A DNA stretch of 52,835 nt from Candidatus Micrarchaeota archaeon CG1_02_51_15 (GCA_001871495.1 MNVG01000016.1:1-52835); one strand, 5' to 3'. Positions 24,729-33,614 are shown, numbered from the stretch's first letter. Notes: generated by a model from the letters alone, not told the origin. Made by a program: numbers and translations.

Positions 24729-25711
24729 TTTACTGCCGCAGTTGGCGTGCAGCCGTTTTCTTCGACTAGTATGGTTGTTTCTGCTTGGGAGACTAGGCCG
24801 CCGGTTGACTCTCTTAAGCCGGGGTAGGGGTTGAGTACCTCTTGGCGGACCAAGTCGGAGAGTGCGAGTTTGAATTGCGTTGTGAAAACGGGGAATTTGG
24901 GGGCAAGCCAGCGCACCGCAAACGGAAGCAACTCGTATTCGGTTGCAACGTGTTCGGCAACTGCCCTGCTTACGGGCAGGCGTACTTTCTTTTCGGATAT
25001 TGCCGAGTATATTTGGAGGAAGTCAGCGTCTGCAACGCGTCCTTTGCCGGTTGTCGCAAAGGGTTCGACTGCAAAAGCGTCACCTTCTTCTAGGACGTAG
25101 GAACCGGTTTCGATGTTCGGAATTTCTTCACCTGCGTGCAGCACGTAGGGCGCGAGCGAGTGGCCGCAGAGGTTGAAAATGGGTTCGTAGCCCCTTCCGC
25201 GTATTTCGAATGCGATTGCCTTGCCTACTTCGCTTACGGAAACGCCTGCCTTGATTTTTGCAAGCGCGGCTTGGAGGGCGGCGTCGGCGGCTTCAACGAG
25301 GTCGGCTTGTTCTCTTGAAAAGTCGATTGTGAACGCGACGTCGGCAATGCAGCCTTCCACGTGGCACCCTAAGTCGATTTTAAGGACGTCTTTCTCACCT
25401 ATGAAGGAAGCGTCTTCCAAGGTTGGAGTAAAATGCGCGGCTTCGTCGTTGCGTGAAAGGTTGACGGGAAAAGCTATGGCGCCGCCGAGTTCGCGTATTT
25501 TTTCTTCAGTGCTTTCGGCCAAGTCAAGTAGCAGTACTCCGGGCTTGGCTAGCGAACGGGCGTACTCGCGCGCCTGTTCGGCAATCTTGCCTGCTTTTAG
25601 GTAGTTGGCGCGTTCTTTGGCCGCTTGTTCTTCGGCTTCCGCTACCAGTTCGTCCTTGAGCTGTTCCAGTTCCGCTTCGGTCATTTCTTCAACCGGCTTT
25701 TCAAGATCCAT
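24725..25711 (-). CDS. map: methionine aminopeptidase, type 2 (archaeal/eukaryotic type)
   Basis: Pita-bread metal-ligand regions AAHFTP, DLGCHVEGCIADVAFT, CGHSLAPYVLHAG and EPFAT, plus the type-2 helical insert. It has an acidic ~35-aa N-terminal extension. Confidence 0.88.
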   Translation of the reverse strand: MDLEKPVEEMTEAELEQLKDELVAEAEEQAAKERANYLKAGKIAEQAREYARSLAKPGVLLLDLAESTEEKIRELGGAIAFPVNLSRNDEAAHFTPTLEDASFIGEKDVLKIDLGCHVEGCIADVAFTIDFSREQADLVEAADAALQAALAKIKAGVSVSEVGKAIAFEIRGRGYEPIFNLCGHSLAPYVLHAGEEIPNIETGSYVLEEGDAFAVEPFATTGKGRVADADFLQIYSAISEKKVRLPVSRAVAEHVATEYELLPFAVRWLAPKFPVFTTQFKLALSDLVRQEVLNPYPGLRESTGGLVSQAETTILVEENGCTPTAAVK

Positions 25712-25847
25712 TGAGAAAGAGTAAGGGCGGCGAGAAATAAAAAGGGGAGTGCAGGAACGGCCTTACTCGTGGACTACTTTGCGCAAGTCCAGGACGCGGG
25801 CTTCATTTTTGGAAACTTGTGCTTTTCCTTTTCCCAAGTCTCGTCGG

Positions 25848-26411
25848 TTACAATAGGCTTACTTTCACGACTCCGTTTTCGAGGCAGTAGGAAAAGCCGA
25901 TTATTCCTTTGGCAGCTTCGTTTGCCGCCTGTCTGCGGACGCGCGAGCTGTTTTCTCGTTCGCGCAACCGTTCGAGAAGCGGCCGCAAGGGAAAGTGCAC
26001 GACCTTAAATACAGCCCTACTATTATTTAGATCAAGTACTGGAAAACGGCGGCTATGCGATCTGAAATCAATCCCGGATGCGCGCCCCAGAATTGGATGG
26101 CCAAACGTCGGGTGAGTGTGGGCATCGTAACCGCCATCAACATCAAGGCTCGGAACAACTGCAAATGCTAAGTACCTTCCATCATCCGTAAGGTTGCCCG
26201 CGGACAAATCGATATGCCCGTCGCTGTGCAATTTACTTAGGCGATCGAAAGCATTGAAAAAGGGTTGATAAGGCGACTGGAATTGCAGTTCCACCAGCCT
26301 ATTGGCGCATGCTGCAATCAATTTGGAATTCATTGCTACGGCGCTTTTGGAGTGTCGCTTTTCAGCTACGGAAACCGTATCATTTATATTAGGCCGTAAT
26401 TTCGAGCGCAA
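25848..26411 (-). CDS. hypothetical protein with weak JAMM/MPN-like HxH...S..D motif
   Basis: GGYDAHTHPTFGHPILGRASGID resembles the JAB motif HxHx(7)SxxD, but the spacer is 11 residues. The more likely start is MNSKLIAAC at 26333. Confidence 0.45.
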   Translation of the reverse strand: MRSKLRPNINDTVSVAEKRHSKSAVAMNSKLIAACANRLVELQFQSPYQPFFNAFDRLSKLHSDGHIDLSAGNLTDDGRYLAFAVVPSLDVDGGYDAHTHPTFGHPILGRASGIDFRSHSRRFPVLDLNNSRAVFKVVHFPLRPLLERLRERENSSRVRRQAANEAAKGIIGFSYCLENGVVKVSLL

Positions 26412-26764
26412 TCTTTAAGAAAACGCATTGCACTGATTTCCCGTATTTCTTTTTCAAGCCGGGGCCGTTCTTTCCGCAAGCGGTTGAAGAGGTCGAACGT
26501 CGCTTTTATGCTCTTGATTTGTTCAGGGTGAATCACTATCCGTTTGTTTGCTTCGTCGAATTTCAGCGAGACTTCTGAAACTACCGGCTTCCCCTTGCCG
26601 GTTCTTACAGTGTGCCGGTAGAGGTGCGCGTACATTTCGTGCGCAGTTTCGGCCGGAATTATTTTAGGCGGCTGGATGCTTATGGGCAGGTCAAACTGTT
26701 TTCTACTCTCGGCCTTGAACGCAGATTTTTCGCTAGAGGTATCGTTGTAGAACGCGGTTAGCAC
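26384..26764 (-). CDS. hypothetical protein
   Basis: 126-aa ORF immediately downstream of PolB, on the same strand. Confidence 0.5.
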   Translation of the reverse strand: MLTAFYNDTSSEKSAFKAESRKQFDLPISIQPPKIIPAETAHEMYAHLYRHTVRTGKGKPVVSEVSLKFDEANKRIVIHPEQIKSIKATFDLFNRLRKERPRLEKEIREISAMRFLKDCARNYGLI

Positions 26765-26825
26765 GCCTCCTTTTCTTCAGAGGGGCTCTTTTTCGGGTTT
26801 GCGAGGTTTTTTCACTCCCACGGTT

Positions 26826-29249
26826 TCACCATTCTCCTAGTCCTTTTTGGGTTCCTTTTGCTTTGAGGTCTTCGGCGTTGACTCCCAGCGCGCCGAGTAT
26901 TTTGAGCACTGCTGGAAGGACTTGGTTGTTTACGTAGTAGTCGGAGTCGTAGTCTTTAGCGAGTTCCAAGGGCTGTGCTTTTTCGGAAATGGTTTTTCCC
27001 GCTCGGGTTACTACGTAGGCTATTGTAGAAAATTCGGAGTAAGGCAGGCCTGCTGCCTGGGCTTTTTTGAGTGCCGAGAGTTCCGGGCTCATTATTTCGT
27101 AGGAAGCCGCTTTTTTGCGCAAGTGCGTGTAGATCACGCAGTCTTCCAACGGGGTTTTTCCGTTTTTTAGTTCTTCAATTGCTCGGCGGACGAGTTCCTT
27201 GGCTTTTTCAACGCTTCCGCCGCCTAGGAGTTCTTCTAGGACTTTGCGTTGTAGTTTTCTTGCAACGCGGCTCCAGTCGCGCCGCACCAGTTCGAAGCCG
27301 CGTATCTTGATTTTGCCTTCGCGGTTTATGAGCGCGTATTTTTTCTTGGCGCCGGTTTCGCCGTGTTTTTTCGAAACGAAAATGCCTCGCGGGTAAAGGT
27401 CTTCGAGCTCCAACTCCATTCCTTGCGGGAGCGAGGCGTTGATTTTCTTGCAGAATTCGGCGATTGTTTTCTCGCCTCCTTTTTTGAATTGTAGGAGCGT
27501 GGAGTCGGTGTCGCTGTAGAGAACTTTAAAACCGGCTTTTTCGGCTTTTTCAATCGTCTCGTGAATATACTGCCGCGCCCAGGCAGTAGTGCTTTCTGCG
27601 CATTCGCGTGAGTACCATCGCGAGCGGGCGTATCCTAGAAACCCGTAATAGCTGTTGGCTAAAATCTTAAGAGCGAGTTGACGGGCGTGGAGTTGGGGGT
27701 ATTCCGCGCCGTCCTTGCCTGTTTTCTTGATGCGGGCTTGGACTTCGCGCCGCGCTTCAACTATTTCCTCAAGAGTGGTGGGAATCAGGCCTTTTTGTTT
27801 CGAGCAAAAGCAGTGGCCTTGGGGGGAAACGCTGCGTTTTTCTTTAGGGCAGCAAGTGCAGTTGAGGGACTGGAGGTCGATGTTGTGGCTGATTATTATC
27901 GAGGGATACATTGATTTGAAGTCCAGCATTGCAAGGTTTTCGTACACTCCGGGTTCGGGGGTTTTTACGTACGCTCCTTCAATAGGGTTTTGTTGCCTTG
28001 CTTGGACTTCGGGTTCGCGGGGCTTGTTGGGAATCACTTCGTTGTGTTCAAACGCCCGGCGCATTAGCAGGGTTTCCACCATTTGGCCGGTTGTACTACG
28101 CGTTGTTTCGAAAAGGGTTTCGCCGCTGAGCCGCGACAACTCCGTTTCCAATGAAAGCGTGTGCTGAGCGAGCTCGAGGCAGGAAATCGCGTCGTCGCGG
28201 TTGTACTTGGCCAAGTGCTCTAGTGCAGCGCCGCCGGCGTCCCAAGCGCGGTGGATGTCAAGCTTGTTTATGTCCGTCTTTTGCTTGCCGAGTATTCCTG
28301 CATAGGCGTGGCCCAGCGTCATGCGGGGCAGCCTTATTGCGCCTACTGTGCTGAGGAAATTGACTACAGAGTAGACGTCGTAATGGATTCTTCCTGGAAC
28401 CCGCGTTACCGGGCGCAGTCCTGCCTGGCGCGTCTGCACTCTAGAGAGCACGCGACCCGGATAGAAAGAGGCCTTGATTTTTTGGGCGCGTTTTTGCAAG
28501 AAGGGCAAGTCGAATGCGTCGCCGTTGTAAGTGCACAACAAGTCCGTCTTTTTTTCGCGCAGTATTTCGCAAAAGCGTTCGATGCACGCCTTCTCCGATG
28601 GCAGGACTTGGACGAATTCGGACTCGAATTTCTTAGAGTAGGAAAGCACGATAGGCGAGTCGCTTGGCGACGCAAGTGAAATCATTATCACCGCGTCTTT
28701 TGCAGGGTCGGGGGCGTTTGCCGGAGTGTGCACTTCGATGTCGAACGCAAGCACGTTTAGAGAAAGCGGTTTTTCAACAGAATCCACGGGCTTGATTGAC
28801 TTAACGACCTTCCCTTCGAGCTCAACTTCACACGCCGAACATGGAATTAAACCCAAGTCGATGAGGAAGCGTTTGGGAAAGGAAATGCGGTGCTCGTAAC
28901 TCTGGCCCAGTGGCTTTGTTGCTTCGTGAAGCTTGGAAATCGCCAGAGGGTCGTCGGCGTAAACCTTCAGCATTTTCACGGACTTGCGGCAGAGCATTTT
29001 CTCTACTTCTTCAACGCGGCAAGGGGAATACTGCCCTTCGCGGCCTTGGACGCGCACGTCAAGTATTTTCTTGCGCAGCGACTCCCAGTCCGTGCCTTTT
29101 TCGGGGAGCACGTAGTAGTACGGCTTGAACGAGGTTTCGTAAGCCGGAAAACTGCGTCCGCTAATGCAGTCTTTAAGGAAAAGGCGCAAGCAAGGCCGAC
29201 TGTTTAAGGAAGCGTTTTCTACGTCCAAAAGAAACGCGGTTGTTTTCAT
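26826..29249 (-). CDS. polB: family B DNA polymerase
   Basis: Exo motifs (FDIEV, YNGDAFDLPFL). Pol motif A DFKSMYPSIIISHNI, motif B KILANSYYGFLGY and motif C YSDTDS. 807 aa with no intein. Confidence 0.93.
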   Translation of the reverse strand: MKTTAFLLDVENASLNSRPCLRLFLKDCISGRSFPAYETSFKPYYYVLPEKGTDWESLRKKILDVRVQGREGQYSPCRVEEVEKMLCRKSVKMLKVYADDPLAISKLHEATKPLGQSYEHRISFPKRFLIDLGLIPCSACEVELEGKVVKSIKPVDSVEKPLSLNVLAFDIEVHTPANAPDPAKDAVIMISLASPSDSPIVLSYSKKFESEFVQVLPSEKACIERFCEILREKKTDLLCTYNGDAFDLPFLQKRAQKIKASFYPGRVLSRVQTRQAGLRPVTRVPGRIHYDVYSVVNFLSTVGAIRLPRMTLGHAYAGILGKQKTDINKLDIHRAWDAGGAALEHLAKYNRDDAISCLELAQHTLSLETELSRLSGETLFETTRSTTGQMVETLLMRRAFEHNEVIPNKPREPEVQARQQNPIEGAYVKTPEPGVYENLAMLDFKSMYPSIIISHNIDLQSLNCTCCPKEKRSVSPQGHCFCSKQKGLIPTTLEEIVEARREVQARIKKTGKDGAEYPQLHARQLALKILANSYYGFLGYARSRWYSRECAESTTAWARQYIHETIEKAEKAGFKVLYSDTDSTLLQFKKGGEKTIAEFCKKINASLPQGMELELEDLYPRGIFVSKKHGETGAKKKYALINREGKIKIRGFELVRRDWSRVARKLQRKVLEELLGGGSVEKAKELVRRAIEELKNGKTPLEDCVIYTHLRKKAASYEIMSPELSALKKAQAAGLPYSEFSTIAYVVTRAGKTISEKAQPLELAKDYDSDYYVNNQVLPAVLKILGALGVNAEDLKAKGTQKGLGEW

Positions 29250-29339
29250 GCCTTTTTGTTACTGCAAGGGCCGATAAATTGGTTTTGGGAACGGGTTTAA
29301 TAAGTCTCTTTGAATTCGTTTCTTCAGGTGAGTTTTGGC

Positions 29340-29723
29340 ATGCCCGAACCAATAAGGCCGTTTGACGCAATTAAAGCGGACTTGCGGACGCTTGATTCCA
29401 AAATAAATTTGATTGCCCAGAAGATCCGCGTGATGGAAAAGAACGAGGACGTCTTGGGAAGGACGATGGTTACGCTTAACGACAAGTTGCACAAGCTCGA
29501 AGAAAGCGGAGGGCGCGCATCTGCAGCAGCAGCAAGCAGGCCCGACTCGGGAGCCGCTTCGGAAGAACTCAAGGAAAAAGTCAAGGCGCTTGAAGAAAAA
29601 CTCGACGCCACGCACTCGCAAGTTCTTGAAATGAAGTACGTAATAGACTCGATAAACCCCTTGGAGTACGCGACAATAAACCAAGTGCGCGAACTGTTGG
29701 AAGAAAAGCTCGGGAAGAAATAG
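29340..29723 (+). CDS. hypothetical coiled-coil protein
   Basis: The ORF track starts at TTG 29310; I prefer the ATG at 29340 (MPEPIRPF). It has two helical segments joined by a Gly/Ser/Ala-rich linker (EESGGRASAAAASRPDSGAAS). The layout matches 7498..7998. Confidence 0.55.
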   Translation: MPEPIRPFDAIKADLRTLDSKINLIAQKIRVMEKNEDVLGRTMVTLNDKLHKLEESGGRASAAAASRPDSGAASEELKEKVKALEEKLDATHSQVLEMKYVIDSINPLEYATINQVRELLEEKLGKK

Positions 29724-29742
29724 CGCCAATAATTAAAAACGA

Positions 29743-31485
29743 CTACACGTTTTCGAAGGAAGGCATTTCTTCCTCTTCCCTCTTTTGTTCAGTAGTTTTT
29801 GGTACAGGCGTTTCCTTTGCAACCAGATGGGGAGCGGGTTTTTGTGCAGCCGACTCGAGCGCCTGTTGCACGGGTGCGTGTACAAGCGCGGTCGACACTT
29901 CTTTTTTAGGGGCAAAGAATTTGAACAGCGGCTTTTTCTCCTGAACTGGAGAAGCAACAGGCAACGGCGGCTTTTGAATTGCAGTTGCAACCGGTGCGGT
30001 TACGGACGCCATTGCAGAGTCGGAGGAAAGTTTTTCAGTGCACTGCGAGTACGTCGGGCGCAAGGCAAACCGCAGTGGCCGTTCTCCTTTTTGTGCGCCT
30101 ATTGCCTCCATGCCGATCGACTCGAAGGCGGCAGTCAGTTCGCCGAACTGTCTTACGTCAACTTCGTGCTGTTCGTGCATCAATATGCCTACGCCTTGTC
30201 CGCGGTACTTGGACAACGCGGACTGGATTTCGTTGGACACCTGTGAAGCCTCGTTTTCAAAAGCGAGCACTAAAGAAAGCGAAGCAGACGGCGGAACGGG
30301 AATCGCTTCAATTACCGTAGCAATGAGCATGCGTTGTATCTCAAGAGGGTATTTCTTGAGGTTAAGCAACAACACTTTACCTACTGCGTCCCGCCAAGGC
30401 GTGGCCAAGTCGGCCGAAATGTTTTTGGCAAACAACGAAGGATACATTTTCTGGAGCACTTGAAGCACGCGGACTGCCCGGCGAAGGTTGAACATCGAAA
30501 CGCTTTTCGACTCCTTCATTGAAGCCAATTCGTTTATGACGTCCGAAAGCGAGAAAAGCGAAGCGCGTTTGGCGTCGTAAGCCGCTTTTATGGGTTCGGC
30601 CACCTCGCTTCCAGACAAGTAGAACCCGCGGAGGAAAGCGTCCGCATCTATTTTGCTCAAGTCAACATAAAGTCCTTCACCGAGTTCGAAAACCTTGAAC
30701 GGAAAACCGGTTGGAGTTCCCGACATTCCGAACTCGGAAAAGCTTGCCGAATCCCGGTTCGGAAGCCCGAACCCCCTGAAGGAATCGCCTGAATCGAATA
30801 TGAGTACGGTCACGCCGTTTTGCAGCGCGCCTTCTATGATAACGTGCATCAAATGCCGTCTGGACTCGCGCGTTCCACCGGTTATGGCCGCGTTGTAGAG
30901 AGAGTCGAGCTTTATTTCAAATTCTTTCTTCTCGCGGTCCAATCCAAGCAACAACTTGGGAAAATGCAGCGCAGCTTCCGCCGAAGTGCCCGGGCCGGTT
31001 CCGCCTGCGGAGGTATACGCGAAAAGCGAGAACGGGTCTCCCAAAAGCAACTGGGTCTGCGCTTCATCAACCAAACTAAAGTCGGTCAACTTGAACCCAT
31101 AAGCCGACGCAGTGTCCTTGGTTAACGACGCAACGCCTTCAAGCTCCAAATACTGTTTTTTAAGCACGCCCACCAAAGCGTCTTGGGAATACGCACAGTA
31201 CTCGGGAGTGGCGCCTACCATGAGGTAACGCCCGGAATTGTCTTTCGAATATTTTTCAACCAAAGTAACTTCACGCTTTTGGGCCTGCATGAAACGCGCG
31301 AGGTCGCCTTCGGCGTAAAAAACTTTCTTCAAAAGCATTACCGCGCCAGTAACGTTTTCGTCGCGTTTTTCGAAAACCATCAGCATAACTAGCTTCTCGG
31401 GGTTCTGGTAAATCGCTAGCGGATATTTTCCCCACTGAGCCGTAACCAAGCGAGTCCACGGCCCGTAAGGCAAGTCCAGTTCCAT
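29743..31485 (-). CDS. HerA/FtsK/VirB4-like (DUF87-type) NTPase homologue with degenerate Walker A/B, plus a Pro/Lys/Ala-rich C-terminal tail
   Basis: LDSLYNAAITGGTRESRRHLMHVIIEGALQNGVTVLIFDSGDSF has the layout of the HerA P-loop region (l..H.aI.G.TGSGKS......ie.....g..vlIfD..GEY), but GK[ST] is replaced by RESRR. LVLAFENEA sits where hhhhDEAH is expected, and YRGQGVGILMHEQ where RKyGvg....tQ is expected. I chose the start MELDLPY (31485) because the ORF-track extension to 31617 overlaps the divergent gene. Confidence 0.5.
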   Translation of the reverse strand: MELDLPYGPWTRLVTAQWGKYPLAIYQNPEKLVMLMVFEKRDENVTGAVMLLKKVFYAEGDLARFMQAQKREVTLVEKYSKDNSGRYLMVGATPEYCAYSQDALVGVLKKQYLELEGVASLTKDTASAYGFKLTDFSLVDEAQTQLLLGDPFSLFAYTSAGGTGPGTSAEAALHFPKLLLGLDREKKEFEIKLDSLYNAAITGGTRESRRHLMHVIIEGALQNGVTVLIFDSGDSFRGFGLPNRDSASFSEFGMSGTPTGFPFKVFELGEGLYVDLSKIDADAFLRGFYLSGSEVAEPIKAAYDAKRASLFSLSDVINELASMKESKSVSMFNLRRAVRVLQVLQKMYPSLFAKNISADLATPWRDAVGKVLLLNLKKYPLEIQRMLIATVIEAIPVPPSASLSLVLAFENEASQVSNEIQSALSKYRGQGVGILMHEQHEVDVRQFGELTAAFESIGMEAIGAQKGERPLRFALRPTYSQCTEKLSSDSAMASVTAPVATAIQKPPLPVASPVQEKKPLFKFFAPKKEVSTALVHAPVQQALESAAQKPAPHLVAKETPVPKTTEQKREEEEMPSFENV

Positions 31486-31555
31486 TACGCAAAAAACCCC
31501 GTATACCACAACGGAACAGGGTTTTAAAAACCATTTTGCCGTATTTGTTTCAACA

Positions 31556-32002
31556 ATGGACATTAAAGTAATAGTAAGGCAGATGAAAGCACGCGGACTG
31601 CCTGAAGAAGAAATCAAGAAAAACCTTGAAGCACTCGGGGTTCCTAACCCTGATGAGGTCTACACCGAGGCAATCGAACGCGCAACCGAAGTACAACTGC
31701 CGCCAGTACAAGCCGAAGAACCCAAGGCAGAGTCAGTGGTGCAGCCTGTTGAGGAAATGCCGAAGTTTGAAATGACCAGCATTTCCGGCGAAGAAGAAAA
31801 GGCAATGGCAATAGGCAAAACAGCCACGCGAAATGCGCAAGCAGAAGCAGACGGCCTCATGACTGCAATGCCCAAAACCACGTCAGGAGAACTCACAGGC
31901 AAAATGGATGAAACCATTGCCCTTCTTAAAGCACTTCAGGACATCAACAAGAAAATCCTTGAAACAAACAAGGAAATGCTCATGCGGCTCAAAATGAAGT
32001 GA
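31556..32002 (+). CDS. hypothetical protein (small helical N-domain, acidic linker, C-terminal helix)
   Basis: 148-aa ORF divergent from the HerA-like gene. Its last 22 codons are duplicated 90 nt downstream. Confidence 0.55.
   Translation: MDIKVIVRQMKARGLPEEEIKKNLEALGVPNPDEVYTEAIERATEVQLPPVQAEEPKAESVVQPVEEMPKFEMTSISGEEEKAMAIGKTATRNAQAEADGLMTAMPKTTSGELTGKMDETIALLKALQDINKKILETNKEMLMRLKMK
31936..31988 (+). repeat. 53-bp exact direct repeat, copy 1 (3' end of CDS 31556..32002)
   Basis: TCAGGACATCAACAAGAAAATCCTTGAAACAAACAAGGAAATGCTCATGCGGC is identical to 32026..32078. Confidence 0.95.
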
Positions 32003-32025
32003 CTTTCGGCCAGAACCAAGTAATA

Positions 32026-32078
32026 TCAGGACATCAACAAGAAAATCCTTGAAACAAACAAGGAAATGCTCATGCGGC
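32026..32078 (+). repeat. 53-bp exact direct repeat, copy 2 (orphan gene-end fragment)
   Basis: Same 53 nt, offset by exactly 90 nt. It is followed by its own in-frame stop (..MRPNMQ*) and separated from copy 1 by TGA and TAA stops. Confidence 0.95.
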
Positions 32079-32731
32079 CGAATATGCAGTGAACAAAAAT
32101 GGCCGAAACTAGGATAACCGCCCGCGAAAAAGGACCGCATCGCACGGAAACTCCTCCAAAAGATGCGCACAAAAAAAACTTGGACGCAATAGGGCGCAAA
32201 AAGAGCAATTGAAAAACACGCTCGCCTCGCCAGAGAAACGCAAGAAAACGCGGACTTCATAAAAGCAAACCGAGAATCCTTCAAAGATGGAACTATTTTT
32301 CTGCAAAAAAAAGGGATGCCTACAGTTAAGTGAAAAGCTGGCGCACTTAATGATTTTCCTCAACTGAAACGCAACCATTCTTGCGCCTTATTATTAGCCG
32401 CAAGTGACAGCAGACACTACTTTGTTGACCCTTTAAAATTATACGCGTGGTCGGACACACGCCCAACGTGGGCGGCAAGAATACACGAGAATCGTACTAT
32501 TATTGTCCACCCTAACCACTCACTTGAAGCATGCGAAGTGTTCAAGCGGGTTGCACACCACGTCCAACCCCGTTCACGTCGTTTAAGGGCCTCTAAGACG
32601 CCCTTGCAAAAGTGATTACCGACTACGAACGCGAAGCAGAACATCACCGTAAAATTGCTGAAGCTTACCAACGCGGTTTGAACCTGAAGCTTTCAGCCTA
32701 AAAAAATAGTTCAAGCAAATTCTTGAAACGC

Positions 32732-33079
32732 TTACTTCTTGAGTTGAACCACCAAAGTTGGCGTGTCGTCCTTCTTTTTTTCAGGCTCTTTTCCGAACGA
32801 ACCCCAGAAAGCGCCGAACAGGTTTCCGATAAAGTTAATGAAGTACCCGAAGCGCTCGCCAATTTCCTTTTCGCCGCCAAACGCCTTTTTCTCAGTGCCA
32901 TCCAAGCCGGAGTTAAAAGGCCGTGGCGAAGTGGGCGCGCGTTCTCCGCCGCTTTCCATCATCAGCGCGACGGCCAACCCGGCAATGAACAAGAAAGCGA
33001 AGAACACCTGCCCGGATTGTAAGAAGAACAACACGACAATCAACAGAATCAACGTAATTATTGCGTTCAAAACCTTCAC
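32732..33079 (-). CDS. small membrane protein 7 of 7 (2 TM plus a charged C-terminal tail)
   Basis: 115 aa. Its start abuts the stop of the upstream gene with 0-nt spacing. Confidence 0.6.
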   Translation of the reverse strand: MKVLNAIITLILLIVVLFFLQSGQVFFAFLFIAGLAVALMMESGGERAPTSPRPFNSGLDGTEKKAFGGEKEIGERFGYFINFIGNLFGAFWGSFGKEPEKKKDDTPTLVVQLKK

Positions 33080-33367
33080 TCACCTTGCGTAACCGCCGTA
33101 AGCGCCTGCTTCAGGACCTGCGGAATCGCCTTTGACTAGCAAAACGAGTACGACGAACAAGCCTATTAAGTAAGCCCATGGCGGAGTCGAAGGCCCTAAA
33201 AGAAAGCCCACGCCGGCAGTTGCGCCGCCTGCAATTGCAGCAACAATCATCAGCTTGCTTTTTGCGCTCAAAAACAGCAGCACCAACAACCCCACTGCAA
33301 GCCACCACAAGCCGCTCTGCATTGCAATAACCATAAGGACTGCTATGAATAGAAAGGTAAAATCCAT
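33080..33367 (-). CDS. small membrane protein 6 of 7 (3 TM)
   Basis: 95 aa and almost entirely hydrophobic. There is a 3-nt gap to the upstream gene. Confidence 0.6.
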   Translation of the reverse strand: MDFTFLFIAVLMVIAMQSGLWWLAVGLLVLLFLSAKSKLMIVAAIAGGATAGVGFLLGPSTPPWAYLIGLFVVLVLLVKGDSAGPEAGAYGGYAR

Positions 33368-33370
33368 TTT

Positions 33371-33601
33371 TTAACCCAGGAACGCAAGCCACTCCATCAA
33401 AATGCCCCTAATACCGCCTATTACGTTTAACGCAGTAGTCAGGAAGAAATCGACTTTGAAGGTAAAGAAAGCAAGCCCGCCCAGGCACAACAAGGAAAGC
33501 ATGGGATCGCCGTATTCTGCAAAGTAAACTACGCCTGCGCCGACTGCAAGAAAACCCAGAATCTCGGGGTCGCTTAAAAATCCTAACGAAGTTTCAATCA
33601 T
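33371..33601 (-). CDS. small membrane protein 5 of 7 (2-3 TM)
   Basis: 76 aa and hydrophobic. There is a 13-nt gap to the upstream gene. Confidence 0.55.
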   Translation of the reverse strand: MIETSLGFLSDPEILGFLAVGAGVVYFAEYGDPMLSLLCLGGLAFFTFKVDFFLTTALNVIGGIRGILMEWLAFLG

Positions 33602-33614
33602 TTAAACCAACAAC

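Noticed and set aside
31486-31617. 44-codon N-terminal extension of the HerA-like ORF
   Set aside because: It would overlap the divergent CDS starting at 31556. The extension is Cys/Val/Ile-rich and not protein-like.
32000-32090. Stop-codon read-through joining the two 53-bp repeat copies into one protein
   Set aside because: After TGA (32000-32002) a second in-frame stop, TAA (32021-32023), intervenes before copy 2.
31883-32284. 133-aa minus-strand ORF containing an internal repeat (HEHFLVCFKDFLVDVL twice)
   Set aside because: The repeat is simply the reverse-complement reading of the 53-bp duplication. The ORF is antisense to CDS 31556..32002.
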